DNA of 61,571 nucleotides, filler included, from Piptocephalis cylindrospora (Eukaryota): NCBI GenBank assembly GCA_003614145.1. It is 2 parts of 2 records of this genome, joined end to end, with 100 filler letters (N's around TTAATTAATTAA, not from the genome) between each part and the next. Parts side by side here need not be neighbours in the genome. Positions count along the whole stretch, not along the records: positions 1 to 30,825 come from KZ987752.1; positions 30,926 to 61,571 come from KZ987753.1. One strand, 5' to 3'. Shown piece by piece: positions 22,561 to 34,230 of this stretch (position 1 is its first letter; each line of letters starts with the position of its first letter). The notes under the pieces were generated by a model. It saw only the letters and a program-made list of their open reading frames with translations, ran no database searches and was not told where the DNA came from. The position numbers and the translations under genes were made by a program.

Positions 22561-25500
22561 TGTGGTTGCCCTGCAAATCGGAAACCTTGTGAAAAAGGTC
22601 CCCTTTTCTCCCCTCCCCTCCCCTCCCTCTTCAGTGTCCCCAACTCACACTTCCATTCCCCTTCCATCCCCCTTCCATTCCCCTTCCATTCCCCCTAGTC
22701 ATCATCCATCCCTCCATCTCCAACGATGAGGCCAGCATTCGCTTCCCCGGATTCGAGATGATCAAACCCTACTATCGTCTAACCCCCATCACCACTTCCT
22801 CCTTTCCCTCGGCCAAAAACCTAAAGCCTACTCCTCCCACCGCCATGGCATGTCCCTTTGTCCCCTCTTCCTCTTCGGACACCACAGCCTCATCCCCCCC
22901 CTCCTCCTCCTCCCCCTCCACCTCAGCCCTGGCTTCGGCTTCGGCTTCAAACTTCACCGTTTCTCCCCCTCCACCAGAGAAAAAACCCGAGGCTGTCATT
23001 AGTACCGCTTACAGACTTCCCATATCCCCAAAGGAATCCTTGGCTTCTCGTCGTCTCTCCGAGTCCATTCTCTCCTCCTCCTCCTCCTCCCCCTCCTCCC
23101 TCCAATTTCCCTCCCCCCCCCTCTCAGGATGGCCCGGGTCAATCAATCTCTGGACTCATCTCCCCCTCCCCCTCATTGCCCTCTGCCATCCCTCCTCCCT
23201 CCACCCAGTCCATGTCTCCCCCTAGGCCCATGTCCTCAGATCCTCTCATCCCATCCACGCCCTAGCACACACACACACTCCCCATGCCTACCACCCTACC
23301 GAGAAGGATGTCCTCCTCCTCCGCCACTTCCTCCTCTTCCTCTCTCTCCAGTGGCCCCTCCTCCTCCCCCTCCATCTCTTCCATCCCTGAAGCCCCCTCC
23401 TCCCCCTCCCAGTCGGTCTCCTCCCTTTCCTCGGTCACGTCAAGGGCCTTTAGCCCGGAGAGAAAATCCTCTCTAGGCTCCATCTCCCCCTCCCTGCCTC
23501 CCTCGGTGATCGGCGATAGGCCAAGGATCATCCATCCCTCCCCTCCCTCCATCGCCTCCCCCGTCCTCGAGGAGGTCAAAGAAGGTCCGGGCAAGGGGGA
23601 GCAAACCGAACTGGAACTGATCATGACCAAAAGAAAAGAATTCAAGGAGAGGATCGTTCAATCTCTCCGTTCCAGGGAGAGGAGGAAGAGGATGGAAGAG
23701 GAAGGGGGGGGTGAGGAAGTCATCTTCTCCGAAAAGGTAGAGGATGTGAAGCATGATGATCTGGTCATGGTCCCTCCCCTTCCCCCGCGTCCCCCTACCC
23801 CTCCCTCCCTTTCCAAGGTCATCTCCTCCCCCCCTTCCTCCTCCTCTTCCTCCTCTTCTTCCTCCCTTCCTCCCTTACCCCCTCCGGCTCTCCGATTAGG
23901 AAGCATCGCCCCGGACTTTTGGGCCCAGACCACACTAGGTCCCATTCAATTTCACGCTTGGTTAGATCGCTCCTGGTGCGTCCTATTCTCCCATCCTGCT
24001 GACTTTACCCCAGTCTGTACCACCGAGCTGGGCGCTGTGGCCAAGAGAATCAAAGAGTTCCGTGATAGGGGCGTCAAGGTCATTGGCCTTAGCGTCGATG
24101 ATCTGGAGGATCATGCCGAGTGGATCAAAGACATTAATGCCCTTCACCAAGTCGACCTCCGTTTCCCCCTGATCGCTGATAAGAGCCGAAATGTCGCTCG
24201 ACTCTATGACATGCTCGATGATGTCCAGCACGACCCCTCCAACATCGGCCCAGGAGGCATGCCCATGACCGTCAGGTCCATCTTCATCATCGACCCCGTC
24301 AAGCGTATCCGTCTCATCCTCACCTATCCTGCCTCTTGTGGCCGTAACTTTGATGAACTTCTTCGCGTCATCGACTCCCTCTACCTAACGGATCAACGGA
24401 GGGTCACCACCCCAGTGGATTGGTATCCCGGGGAGGAAGGTAAGCCACCTTTACCCATCATACTCTACCCCCAAACCCCTCATCACTCACCTTTCCTCCA
24501 CAGTCATTATCCATCCCTCTGTGTCCAATGAGGAGGCAAGGCATCTCTTCCCCAATTACACCATGGTGAAGCCCTATTACCGTACCACCCAGCTCCCCTC
24601 CCTTCCCCCTCCCCCTCCTCTACCCCTAAGGTCCCCATCCCGTGCCGTACACTCTCCAAACCCTCCCCCATCATCGACCACCAAGGTCTTTGGTCAGGAT
24701 CCCGATACCCTTCACCATTCCCCTACCCCTCTAGGTCCCTATTGTAATGGTCCGGGAGCCCCCATTTCCGCCGTCCCCATGACCAGCCTCTACTCCTCGA
24801 CTCCATCCTCCTCCTCCTCCTCCTCCTCCTCTGTAGTTCCCTCCACTTACCCACGTCTACGTCTCGGTTCTCTTGCCCCGGACTTTGAGGCTGATACCAC
24901 ACTAGGACGTATTCGGTTTTACGATTGGATCCATGGCTCCTGGGGCATTCTCTTTTCCCATCCCGCTGACTTTAGTAAGCTTTCTCTTTTGTTTTCGCAC
25001 CACTTCCCCCACCAAGCCCCCTTTTCCCTTCTAACCAACCATCACCCCATCAGCCCCGGTATGTACCACGGAACTGGGTGAGGCTGCAAGGAGAAAGGAG
25101 GCCTTTAGGAAGAGGAATGTTCGCATGGTGGGTCTGAGCGTGGATGGTCTGGAGGATCATGAAGATTGGGTCACAGACATTGAGGAAGTTGGTCGGGTCC
25201 ACCTGGATTTCCCCATCATTGCCGACAAAGATAGGGTTATCTCCCGGCTCTACCATATGCTCGACACGGTGGACCATGACCCTGCCAACATTGGTCAGGG
25301 AGGTGTTCCTATGACCGTTAGATCCGTCTTCATTGTCGACCCCTCCCACAAGATCCGTCTCATCCTCACTTACCCTGCCTCCTGTGGCCGTAACTTTGAC
25401 GAGATCCTCCGCGTTATCGATTCCCTCCAGCTCACTGATAAGCGTCAAGTGGTCACCCCCTCTGATTGGAAACCCGGCCAGCCCGTACTCATTCACCCCT

Positions 25501-25580
25501 CTGTTAGTAACGAGGATGCCAAGATTATCTTTGGTGACTACCAAGCCATCAGGCCGTATTATCGTCTGACTCAGCTTTAG
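22561..25580 (+). CDS. Multi-domain 1-Cys peroxiredoxin (Prx6 family): two full tandem domains plus a relic third; 5'-incomplete, with frameshifts in the S/P-rich linker
   Basis: Domains at about 23890-24595 and 24857-25580, both with FSHPADFTPVCTTELG and YPASCGRNFDE; introns 24440-24503 and 24975-25053. Extra Prx C-terminal exon at 22699-22790. Confidence 0.8.
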
Positions 25581-25662
25581 GATTCAGGAGATAGAAGAAA
25601 GTAGAAATGTAGTAGTGATTTAATTCATTATTTCTTGGTAAATTCGTGCATCCTCTACGTGT

Positions 25663-25728
25663 ATGTGCTCTCTCTCTCTATGTGTGTGTGTGTGTGTGCT
25701 CTCTCTTTCTGTGTGTGTGTGTGTGTGT
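25663..25728. repeat. Compound (TG)n/(CT)n microsatellite
   Basis: Visible dinucleotide tracts. Confidence 0.85.
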
Positions 25729-26115
25729 ATCAGAAGGGTTGAGTACCCTCAGTGTTGTGTGTACTTTTCCCCGATGATGATTACAAAGCCTCCCGTTCAA
25801 TTTACTCTGACTATAAACCTCAAGGCTGACGGTCTGGGAAAGTCTCCTCACCTTCAAATCACACACAATGTAGTATATGAAGGGACACCAATACCAGAGC
25901 CCAGTCCCACGACTACAAGCCGTCCAAGGACGGAGTCTCTGCCAAAGCGAGAGAGGGCAAGTCTCGTGTTCCCCCAGTCCACCTTTCAGTATGGTGCCTC
26001 CACCTTTAAATACAGAGCGGTCCTGTCATTCACGTCTTGCTTCGCTCCATCTCCCGCCCCCTTCTCTCCCCACCCCACCTTTCCTTCCCTCTCCTCTCTC
26101 CTCTTCCCTCTAAAC

Positions 26116-27300
26116 ATGAACGCGGAATCTCACAAAATACAGGGAAACGCTAGGTTTGCCCAAGGTGACTATCAAGGCGCCATCCAGTCCTACACGACTG
26201 CCATTGTAAGGGGCCTGGAGGGAAGGACAGGGAGACAGACTCTCAATGACCGCTCTACATCTAGATCAAAGACCCTACTTGTGTCCTCTACTACACCAAC
26301 CGGGCCAGGGCCCACATGAAATTGGAGCAGTGGAGCAGTGCGCTTCAAGATGCCGAAAAGGCCGTTGAATTTGACCCCAATCATGGTAAGGCCTGGGTAT
26401 ATACTGTGCCGCTCCCAGTATGATCACTCAGTCTTCCGCTTACAAATCAGTCAAGGGAAATTTCCTCTTGGGTCAAGCACTGACTTCCAATCCGAATACG
26501 CAGGATCGGTTGGATGAGGCCATCAAGAAGTTGGACAAGGCGTATGCCCTGGCCATAGGCTATGCCAAAACCCGTGGTATGGCCGAACAGGTCGGCGAGG
26601 CCCTTAGGGTGGCTAGGCGTCTTCATTGGGAAAGACAGGAAGGGGAGAGGATGACTCGAGAGCATCAACTGCTCATCCGTCTTAAGACTATACTGGATAA
26701 GCATGAGGTTGAGGATAAGGTAATGGGAGATGCAGAGATAGTGATGATCGATGCTCTCGCCTTATCTTCCCATCCCGCCACACTTTAGGAGGAACTCTGG
26801 GAAGAGGTAAAGGCCACCTTTTCCCGGGCAGAGGATGCTAGTCAGGTAAATATCTGTGAAGGAAGAGGGATGTTAACCGTGCTATAGAGAGGGCAGGCTT
26901 CCTTAACTTACTCCTCGTACATAGAAACGAGAAATCCCTGAGGCTTATTTATGTAAAATTACCTTTTCCATCATGCATGACCCAGTGATCACCCCCTCTG
27001 GGATCACCTATGAAAGGACGTATGTAATTCGTGATTCATATGCTTCCATGGTATGCTCCCTTCTCACCCTTTCCTTCCCCATAGGGCCCTTCTATCCCAC
27101 TTTAAGCATCTAGGTCACTTTGACCCCCTCTCCAGGGCCCCACTTCGGGACCATCAGCTTCTCACCAATCTAGCGTTAAAGGAGGCTATTGAGGACTTTT
27201 TGTCCAAGTAAGTGCTCATGGGAACAGAAGAGCCATGGGAAGGAGTGATCGGTCGTCTCACTCGTCCCTCCTTAGGAATGAATGGGCCGTGGATGCATAA
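26116..27300 (+). CDS. STUB1: CHIP TPR/U-box E3 ubiquitin ligase
   Basis: TPRs ([27 protein letters not shown]) and U-box [57 protein letters not shown]; 7 exons. Confidence 0.93.
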
Positions 27301-27430
27301 GAATGAGATGGTTGGGGAAAAGTTCAAAGCACATCATAAGAACCTCTACTTGGCAAGATACCCAATCATCCTTATTAAACAAATCAACTCATTTCCGTGA
27401 ATACACACATCCTCCTGTGGAGGAGATTTA

Positions 27431-28409
27431 TTAACAAAATTTGTCTGACTTGACCTTGGCTCGGCGATCTAACAAAGCCTCGTTCAGCCTTCCTTGTTTC
27501 TTTGCTTTCTTCAATTCCCGTATATCATCAGCCTCAAATCGCCTAACACGGCCTCCTCCCCATGTCTGGTTCTTTTTACTGCAAGTATGGGAAGAAAAAG
27601 GATGAGTGTCAATGTAAACATGGTCATCCCATCCCCAGGACATACATGGCTTCTAGCTCCACGTCCACCACAGATCGATCATCCTTCTTGCTCGATGCCC
27701 GGTCCTTGGCCGCATCATGCTTGCGCTGTGTTTGGCATTGAAGTCGCCAGATCTCCCGGAGGCCAATACTCTCCGCATCCCCCCGGATCCCCCCACCCGT
27801 TTCATCGTACGTGAGGTACCGTCCATAGGCATTCTGGAAGGCCACGCCCTCGTCCCGAATAACCGGAGTCCAGGACTCAAGAGGTCCCACAGCCTCCTTA
27901 TCCACCCTTACCACCCCCACCTTATCCGAAGATAAATACATGCCGGTGGATGCTCGTAGGCTCATCGTCCCCGCCGCATCCAATCTCCTTCCCACCCAGA
28001 CATGAAGCACGTCCGTGGGCTCGGATAAGGGGGATAGCCCCTGTTCCTCGGATTCTGTCTCTGAAGAAGAAGGGGCTTTTGGGCAAAGAAGTCGATGAGT
28101 AGCATCATCGGTGGTAAGGTGATGACCCGAGGAGTGCAAAAGATATAATGGGCCCTCCAGATCAGTCAAGGCATCCACCAGAGTCCACTTTCTCCCGGGC
28201 ACACCCTGACTCTCCGCGTCTACAGCGGAGGAGGAAGGGTTTGAGACAACTTTGCGCTTCCCTGTGGAGCTCTTGGAGCGTTTCCTACAGAAAGGAGCAT
28301 AAAGATCAGGGGCAGATGTTCCAACATCTCCTCACATCGCCACTTACTTGGATGTCTCTCCCTTAAAGGATAGCTTTTTAGTTCTTACACGGCTATACTC
28401 AGAAGACAT
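27431..28409 (-). CDS. FRG1: FRG1-like fascin-fold protein
   Basis: KKLSFKGE; GMYLSSDKVGVV..EAVGPLESW; ELKKAKKQGRLNEALLDRRAKVKSDKFC*; 3 exons. Confidence 0.9.
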
Positions 28410-28630
28410 GGCCAAGCGGAGGAAAGGGAGGGAGGGAAAGAGGAAGGGGAGGGGAGGAGGAAGGAAAAAGGAAGAACGAGACAAAGAAGGTAAGTTGAAC
28501 CCAAGGGTCACCTTTAATTTTTCCACACTGAGATTTATCAAAGCACCGCCGATCTCCTCCGAGACAGGCATTTCCCCCTATTTATCCCCCTCCTCCTCAG
28601 TCCCCCCCCTCCAGGAATCCTCATCACCTC

Positions 28631-29273
28631 ATGCTGTCAAAAACTTTACTAGGCTCCCTCAGGGCACCGCTGAGGCTCTCTGGGGCCAAGCGACTCACAG
28701 GCACCTCCCCCCGGACTTTGACCACCACGGGAACCCCCAAATCCACCCCCATCACTGTTCGTATCCCCCCGTCCCATCTACCACTTCAGCCCTCCTTCCG
28801 GTCTAGGACCCCCAAGATCCTTGCGTATGCCACCCTAGGAGTCTTGACTTGGACGGGTATCTTGGCTGTCGCGTTCAACTATCAACGGCAAGAGTCATCG
28901 GTTGTGGCTGGTACCTTTTTTGCTTTACAACACGACCCTCAGGTCCAGGCACACCTGGGCGACCATGTCCATTGGGATTTCCCCGTCTTCCCTTGGATCC
29001 ATGGCACCGTCAATTACCTTAAGGGCATTGTCGATATTTCCTTCCGCATTCGCGGCGATCAAGGTAAGGAGGCTTTATGAAATGTCATGATATGTATCTT
29101 ACTTCCATATCTATGTAGGAGCCGGATGGGCCTACTTCTCTGCGCGTCGTAACCGCGAGTATGAATGGAAAACCCTGGCCTATATCCTGGAAACGGACAG
29201 CGGTGAAAAAATCAAGTTGGATGAGACGGGCCTCTCCCCCCTCATACCCACTTCCCTACGCTCGACTTCCTGA
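28631..29273 (+). CDS. COA1: Cytochrome c oxidase assembly factor 1
   Basis: Presequence, one TM helix, NYQRQESSVV..LGD..PWIHGTVNYLKGIVDISFRIRG; intron about 29064-29118. Confidence 0.85.
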
Positions 29274-29515
29274 GTGGGATGGTCAGATGTAGCAGCATAC
29301 GCCTTGCCTATTTCCTTCACTTCCTCCTGGCCATACCTCCATTGGAAATAGAAAGAGGGAAGAGAAAAATTCATTGGATCCTCCCACACAGAGTCCTTCC
29401 CATGTCTTTGCCCATCATCAAAAGATGTATCCCCTTCTACTACCCTGGGATCGTCCTCAAACACACACACAGAGACACAAACAGACATCTGATCCTGCGA
29501 TGCCCTATTCCTTGT

Positions 29516-29931
29516 TTAATCCCAGGCGTTGACCATGTACTTTTGTACGGCAATGAGGGCCTCATACCGTACCTCAGGCTCCTCGTGGCCCATCAGCTCC
29601 ATAATTCTTTGTTTGGCCCCAAATTGCTCCACATACTTCTTCCCCAAGGGGTTCCACTTGACGTACTCTCCCACATCATGAGCCGCCACTGCAAGAACGG
29701 TGGCTTGAGTGGATGTTTGAAGGATTCCGCACAGGGCCCTACGAGCGAACAGGGTTAGGTCTTGTATGCTAAAGACATTTCCTGACTCTTGTTTCCTATA
29801 CTTACTTGAGTAGCTCGTGAGCATTATCATTGAACCGAGCCGAATCATTCTTCCAAAAGGCATCACTCCTGTGCACGGGCGTCCAATCCAGCTTACCACT
29901 CTTCACCTCCTCTACATACTCCTCCAGTGAG
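29516..29931 (-). CDS. VMA13: V-type ATPase subunit H, last two exons
   Basis: SLEEYVEEVKSGKLDWTPVHRSDAFWKND (29931-29806); LAVAAHDVGEYVK..GAKQRIMELM..VRYEALIAVQKYM (29738-29516). Confidence 0.9.
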
Positions 29932-29940
29932 CTAGGATAG

Positions 29941-30667
29941 ACGATGGGGCCCTTTAGTGTGGATGATCCCAAGGCCCTTCCTCCTGGATCAGATGCCCTG
30001 ATTCAGTGGCTTGCCAACAATGCCGCAGGAAGGAATCCTTCCATGACTGACATTGCCATCCAACTCCTGGCCTCCCTACTCCGTGTCAATGCCTCTCGTC
30101 AGCCCTTTTACTCCAGTCGGGAAGGGATGAAGGCGTACGTGTCCCTTCTTTTTGGGCAATGATGGTGCTCATCCCGTCGCTCATACATTTCCCTCTCATG
30201 CTTGGCTATTCTATTAGGCTCATCCATGGAATCAAGAGGAACCTTGGGAATGCTCAAGTCCAATATCAATGCTGCTTTTGCCTTTGGCTCCTTACCTTTA
30301 ACACTGGTGTTGCCTCCAAGCTGGATCGGTAAGTCGTTCTTGTTGAAAAAAAGATGTTTTTGCCTCTCTTGTATCCTCTTTTTTTCTCTCTAATATTGTA
30401 TGATCCTACCTGTAGGGATTACGATGTCATCCCATTGCTCCTCTCTGTGGCCAAGGCAGCCGTCAAGGAAAAAATCATTCGCGTTATCATTGCCACCTTC
30501 CGGAACATGGTGGAGAAGGCTATGGATGCTAACATTGGTAGCCTCCTCTCCCACCGGGTTCTTCCCTTTGTCGAGACCTTGTCGGCGAGGAAGTGGGGGG
30601 ACGAGGAGATCCCTCAGGATCTGGAAGTGTTGCAAGAGGCACTCAAGGAGAACCTTGAGACCCTGAG
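29941..30667 (+). CDS. VMA13: V-type ATPase subunit H, three middle exons in inverted orientation
   Basis: Exons 29941-30134, 30218-30328, 30416-30667: QVQYQCCFCLWLLTF, AVKEKIIRVIIATFRN, LSARKWGDEEI. Confidence 0.88.
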
Positions 30668-30825
30668 GTGAGACCTATTTACTTGGGGAGAAGTGGGGGG
30701 GGGGGGGGGGGGGGGGGTACACACATTTCTACTCACCTCCCCCACCCCTGTCTCTCCCCCGCCCGTGGGGTGGCGCGGGGGGGAGACGAGGAGGGAAGGG
30801 CGAGATGTGAGCACCCGAGGGGGAG

Positions 30826-30925
30826 NNNNNNNNNNNNNNNNNNNNNNNNNNNNNNNNNNNNNNNNNNNNTTAATTAATTAANNNNNNNNNNNNNNNNNNN
30901 NNNNNNNNNNNNNNNNNNNNNNNNN
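30826..30925. other. Artificial contig-join spacer
   Basis: 44 N + TTAATTAATTAA (30870-30881, stops in all six frames) + 44 N. Confidence 0.95.
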
Positions 30926-31764
30926 TCATCCAGCGATGATAGATAACTATCTTCCCATACAGTACAATATACATCCCCATTCATTCTTCCGCCAATCCTA
31001 CAGAGTCTACCAATATCATAGACAGAAATACAACCCCAAATCAGCACATTACCTCCTTCAAGCTTAAGTGTAGGCACCCTATTCCCACCATGGAAGGCCT
31101 CTCCAGGTCTCCTGCTTCTCAATACTCTCCTTTCAAGGGCACGAAGCACTTAGCACTGATGCTTTCCCCGCGATCGGCGGAAATCTGCATTGCGACTCTC
31201 CTGGCTGATCCCCCGCGTGCTGTAGTTACATTCCGGACGGTCATCTGCTCTTCTCTCGGGGTTTAGAAGCCTTGGGCGGCCACCTGAGTTGGGCTTCCCT
31301 GCCATCCCTAGTCCCTTACACTTCCTCATCGCCATAAATGATCCTACTTTGGTCGTAGCGGCCACTTGGTGGAGCGATTGACCTTTTTTTGAGTACCTTG
31401 ATGCGTAGAGTTGTTTTTTTTTGGTATGGCTTTCATGGTTAAGTGAGATAATGGAGTTCATGTTGGGGGGGTAATGAAGGGTCCCGGTTCTTATAATGGC
31501 ATTCTTATAGTTTAATTTCCTGCTATTTTAGCTTTCATAGCAATGAGATTAAGAAAATTGGATTTCGAGTTGATCCTGTTTCACAATTACTTAATTCCAG
31601 GAATTGTTTATTCTTCAATCTAAAAATGTTTAATCTATCCTTGATCGTAGCGTCCTTGCGCTTCTAGCGCATTCTATTTCATGAAGACCGGTTTTCTGCA
31701 AGAAGGATAATGAAGAATAGGGTCCATGATGGTATAAACCTCGGCTCATTTTCACGATACACTG
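30926..31764 (-). mobile_element. Degenerate Tc1/mariner DNA transposon, 5' part, truncated by the contig end
   Basis: GGRPRLL linker motif and KLEGGNVLIWGCIS..GRLCRIGGRMNGDVYCTV (Tc1 DDE region) in shifted frames; candidate terminus TA-CAGTGT on the minus strand at 31766-31759. Confidence 0.8.
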
Positions 31765-31888
31765 TAGGTTGTGCTTTCATTTTCTTGTGCTTGGTAAAAG
31801 ATCAATCGTTGTATGAGCGGCTCACCAGAGCTTCATTTCCCTTCGCTCTACTTTATTTCTCCTATCGCGTTACCACCTTTCTCCCATT

Positions 31889-33901
31889 TTAACCAGACGA
31901 TAGCATCCAGGAAATTAGAGCAGAGACAACATCTACACTGAGACTATTGCCCAGGACGCGATATCGCTGCTTTCGACTTGCACTTTTCGGGAAGTCCATA
32001 GTATCGGGAAAGCCCATGAGACGGGCAATCTCGTACTCGGTAAAGTATCTCAGCCCAGCTTCATCCCGAATTCTTTGAGTAAATTCTTCCACCGTTTTCT
32101 CATGGTTCGCTTCAATGGCTTCTTGCAGTTTCAGAAAAATGGAGTGGATCTGTACAAATTGTCAAGAGAGAATAAGGAATAATTAGCGCACATAATTCTA
32201 TCGACAGGTGTATCTCACGTACATCAATTTGCTCATGGGCTTGCAATACTGATCCAGTGCCCTCAACTTGATGATAATACCCTGAAGGGATGAGGAATGA
32301 TCAGTTACCATCCTAGGACGAAGACACTTAAATCATGCTCTGATTCAATTAAAATTAAGAGTACCTTTGGTAAAACAACAGCTCCGTCGACTCGATCCCT
32401 TTACAATGTCTAGAGTATGACGAGGTCGTCAGCCAAACAATCCCATCACCATCATGATTACTCTTAGGGATACTTTCAGGATCAACATGATGCAAAAACC
32501 TATCATTCAACAATGATAAAACCCACCTAGAAGCATCCCGTACTTTGAAATAGTCTACAGGATGAGGTATTTAATGATATTTAGTCTAATATATACCTTT
32601 TTGGCCAATCTTCCATCGCGTTTTAATATAAAGAATAACTTACACGGGCAGAAAGACTGTTCTCTTCCGTGGCCCCCTTCCCCATTATTGATGCTAGGTA
32701 CTCTTTAAGGTTGGGAATACCCTCAAGAGAGTAGTTGCTGGAGGCGCCACGTCCCCGCCTATCTCCACCATCAACCTCTAGAGATGATGGGCCTTGCCGC
32801 CCTATAAGATAAAACAATGAGACCCAGAAAGACAAACCCCTCTCTCAGTTCCAGAGGAAAAGTCTACCCGGAAAATGGTGTTGGAGCACTCCTTGGTTCT
32901 CCAAAGCGTCCGAAAAGCTCAAGGGGCCCTTCTTTGCCTATCCGTTCAAGCATAGGTATCCGAGAAGAATTAGAATTCGCCGCAACATGCGTATTCAAAG
33001 CCTTATCCCTCTTAACATAATTATACCAATAGATAGTATCTCAATCTTGAGTTGGGAATGTCCAGTTGTAGAGGAGAGAGAAGGTATTCACGAAAGGTAT
33101 ACCCATATTGGGTTAGTCGGTCGACGAGAAGATCTCGGGAATCCGAACACTAATCTCCCCGAGAATCCCCAATGATGAGTTGAGTTAATCCTCTGGTTAG
33201 ATATATAGGCACTAAAATGATCCTACCTCAAATCCCTTGACATTCTCCACAAGAATGTACCGTGGGGGTTGGTTTAGCTGGCCAATAATATCCAAGAGAT
33301 AAATAAAGGATTTAGCCCGAGGATCCAACGAACCTTGCTGATTTCCTAGGCGCGTGTACTAGAAAAAGGGCCATGGGAAAGCATGAGAGCCCAGTAAGTC
33401 AAGAAAATGAACAGCTATAGATCCCGAAATGGGTCACCTACCGGCTGGCAAGGAGGCGACATGAGATACATATCCGCAGCCTGCTTCTCATAGAATGCAA
33501 GAGGTAATGCCTCAATGTTCCTCTATTCATGAAATAATCATGGTAATTAGGTCTGTTTTGCCCACTTCAATCCAACCCAACTCTCACATTATCGCACGTC
33601 TTACCTGGTGAAGTCGACTTTGAGGGAAATTATGTCGGTATACCTCGTTGGCTGTAGTGTTGATGTCAAAGGCCCCCCACTACTTCAGCGAGTATCCCGC
33701 TTTTTTGGATGGAGTAATGCTATTAAGAGCAAGGGAGAGAGATGTAAGGGAGGAAAATGATGGTGGGATAGCTATTTCTTCAGTCAGGCTGGCACTCACC
33801 ATGCCCCCAATGCCACTGTAGAACTCCAGGACTCGAAGGGGCTTTTCCGCCTCTCGGGCCTCATCATGAGGTACCGCCGTATCTAAAGTCTGGGTCGACA
33901 T
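31889..33901 (-). CDS. TRDMT1: tRNA (cytosine-38-C5)-methyltransferase DNMT2/Pmt1
   Basis: LEFYSGIGGM (I), MSPPCQP (IV), ENVKGFE (VI), IPNSRLRY (VIII), DNMT2-specific CFTKGY..EGTGS, LRYFT..YRVLGNSL; about 11 exons. Confidence 0.92.
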
Positions 33902-34230
33902 GATGGAGTAGCGCGTGTAAGGAGAGTTTAGTAAGTCTGGACTTGACTGAGGGAGGGTGGTCTTAGGAGGAAAGACGAAAGGATGATTCTGCGACGAATG
34001 TCAACACAAGGCTGGTTTTCTTTTTTGAGATCCTATTCAAAGTGTGATAAGCCATCATCAACCATCCGAAAGTGATAATTACTTGACCTAGTGGAGATCA
34101 TTAAGGTGAAAGCGGAGTCCACCCGAAGGATCCCGAGCTCCTCCTTTCAATACTGCTCCTTCCGCAACGACGACAACCCTGCCCTGGATAGTTTACCTTT
34201 TCAAAAAACGGTTTAGCACCCTGAGAGGCC

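Noticed and set aside
30870..30881. Palindromic TTAATTAATTAA as a biological site
   Set aside because: Centred in an N spacer; it is a synthetic linker.
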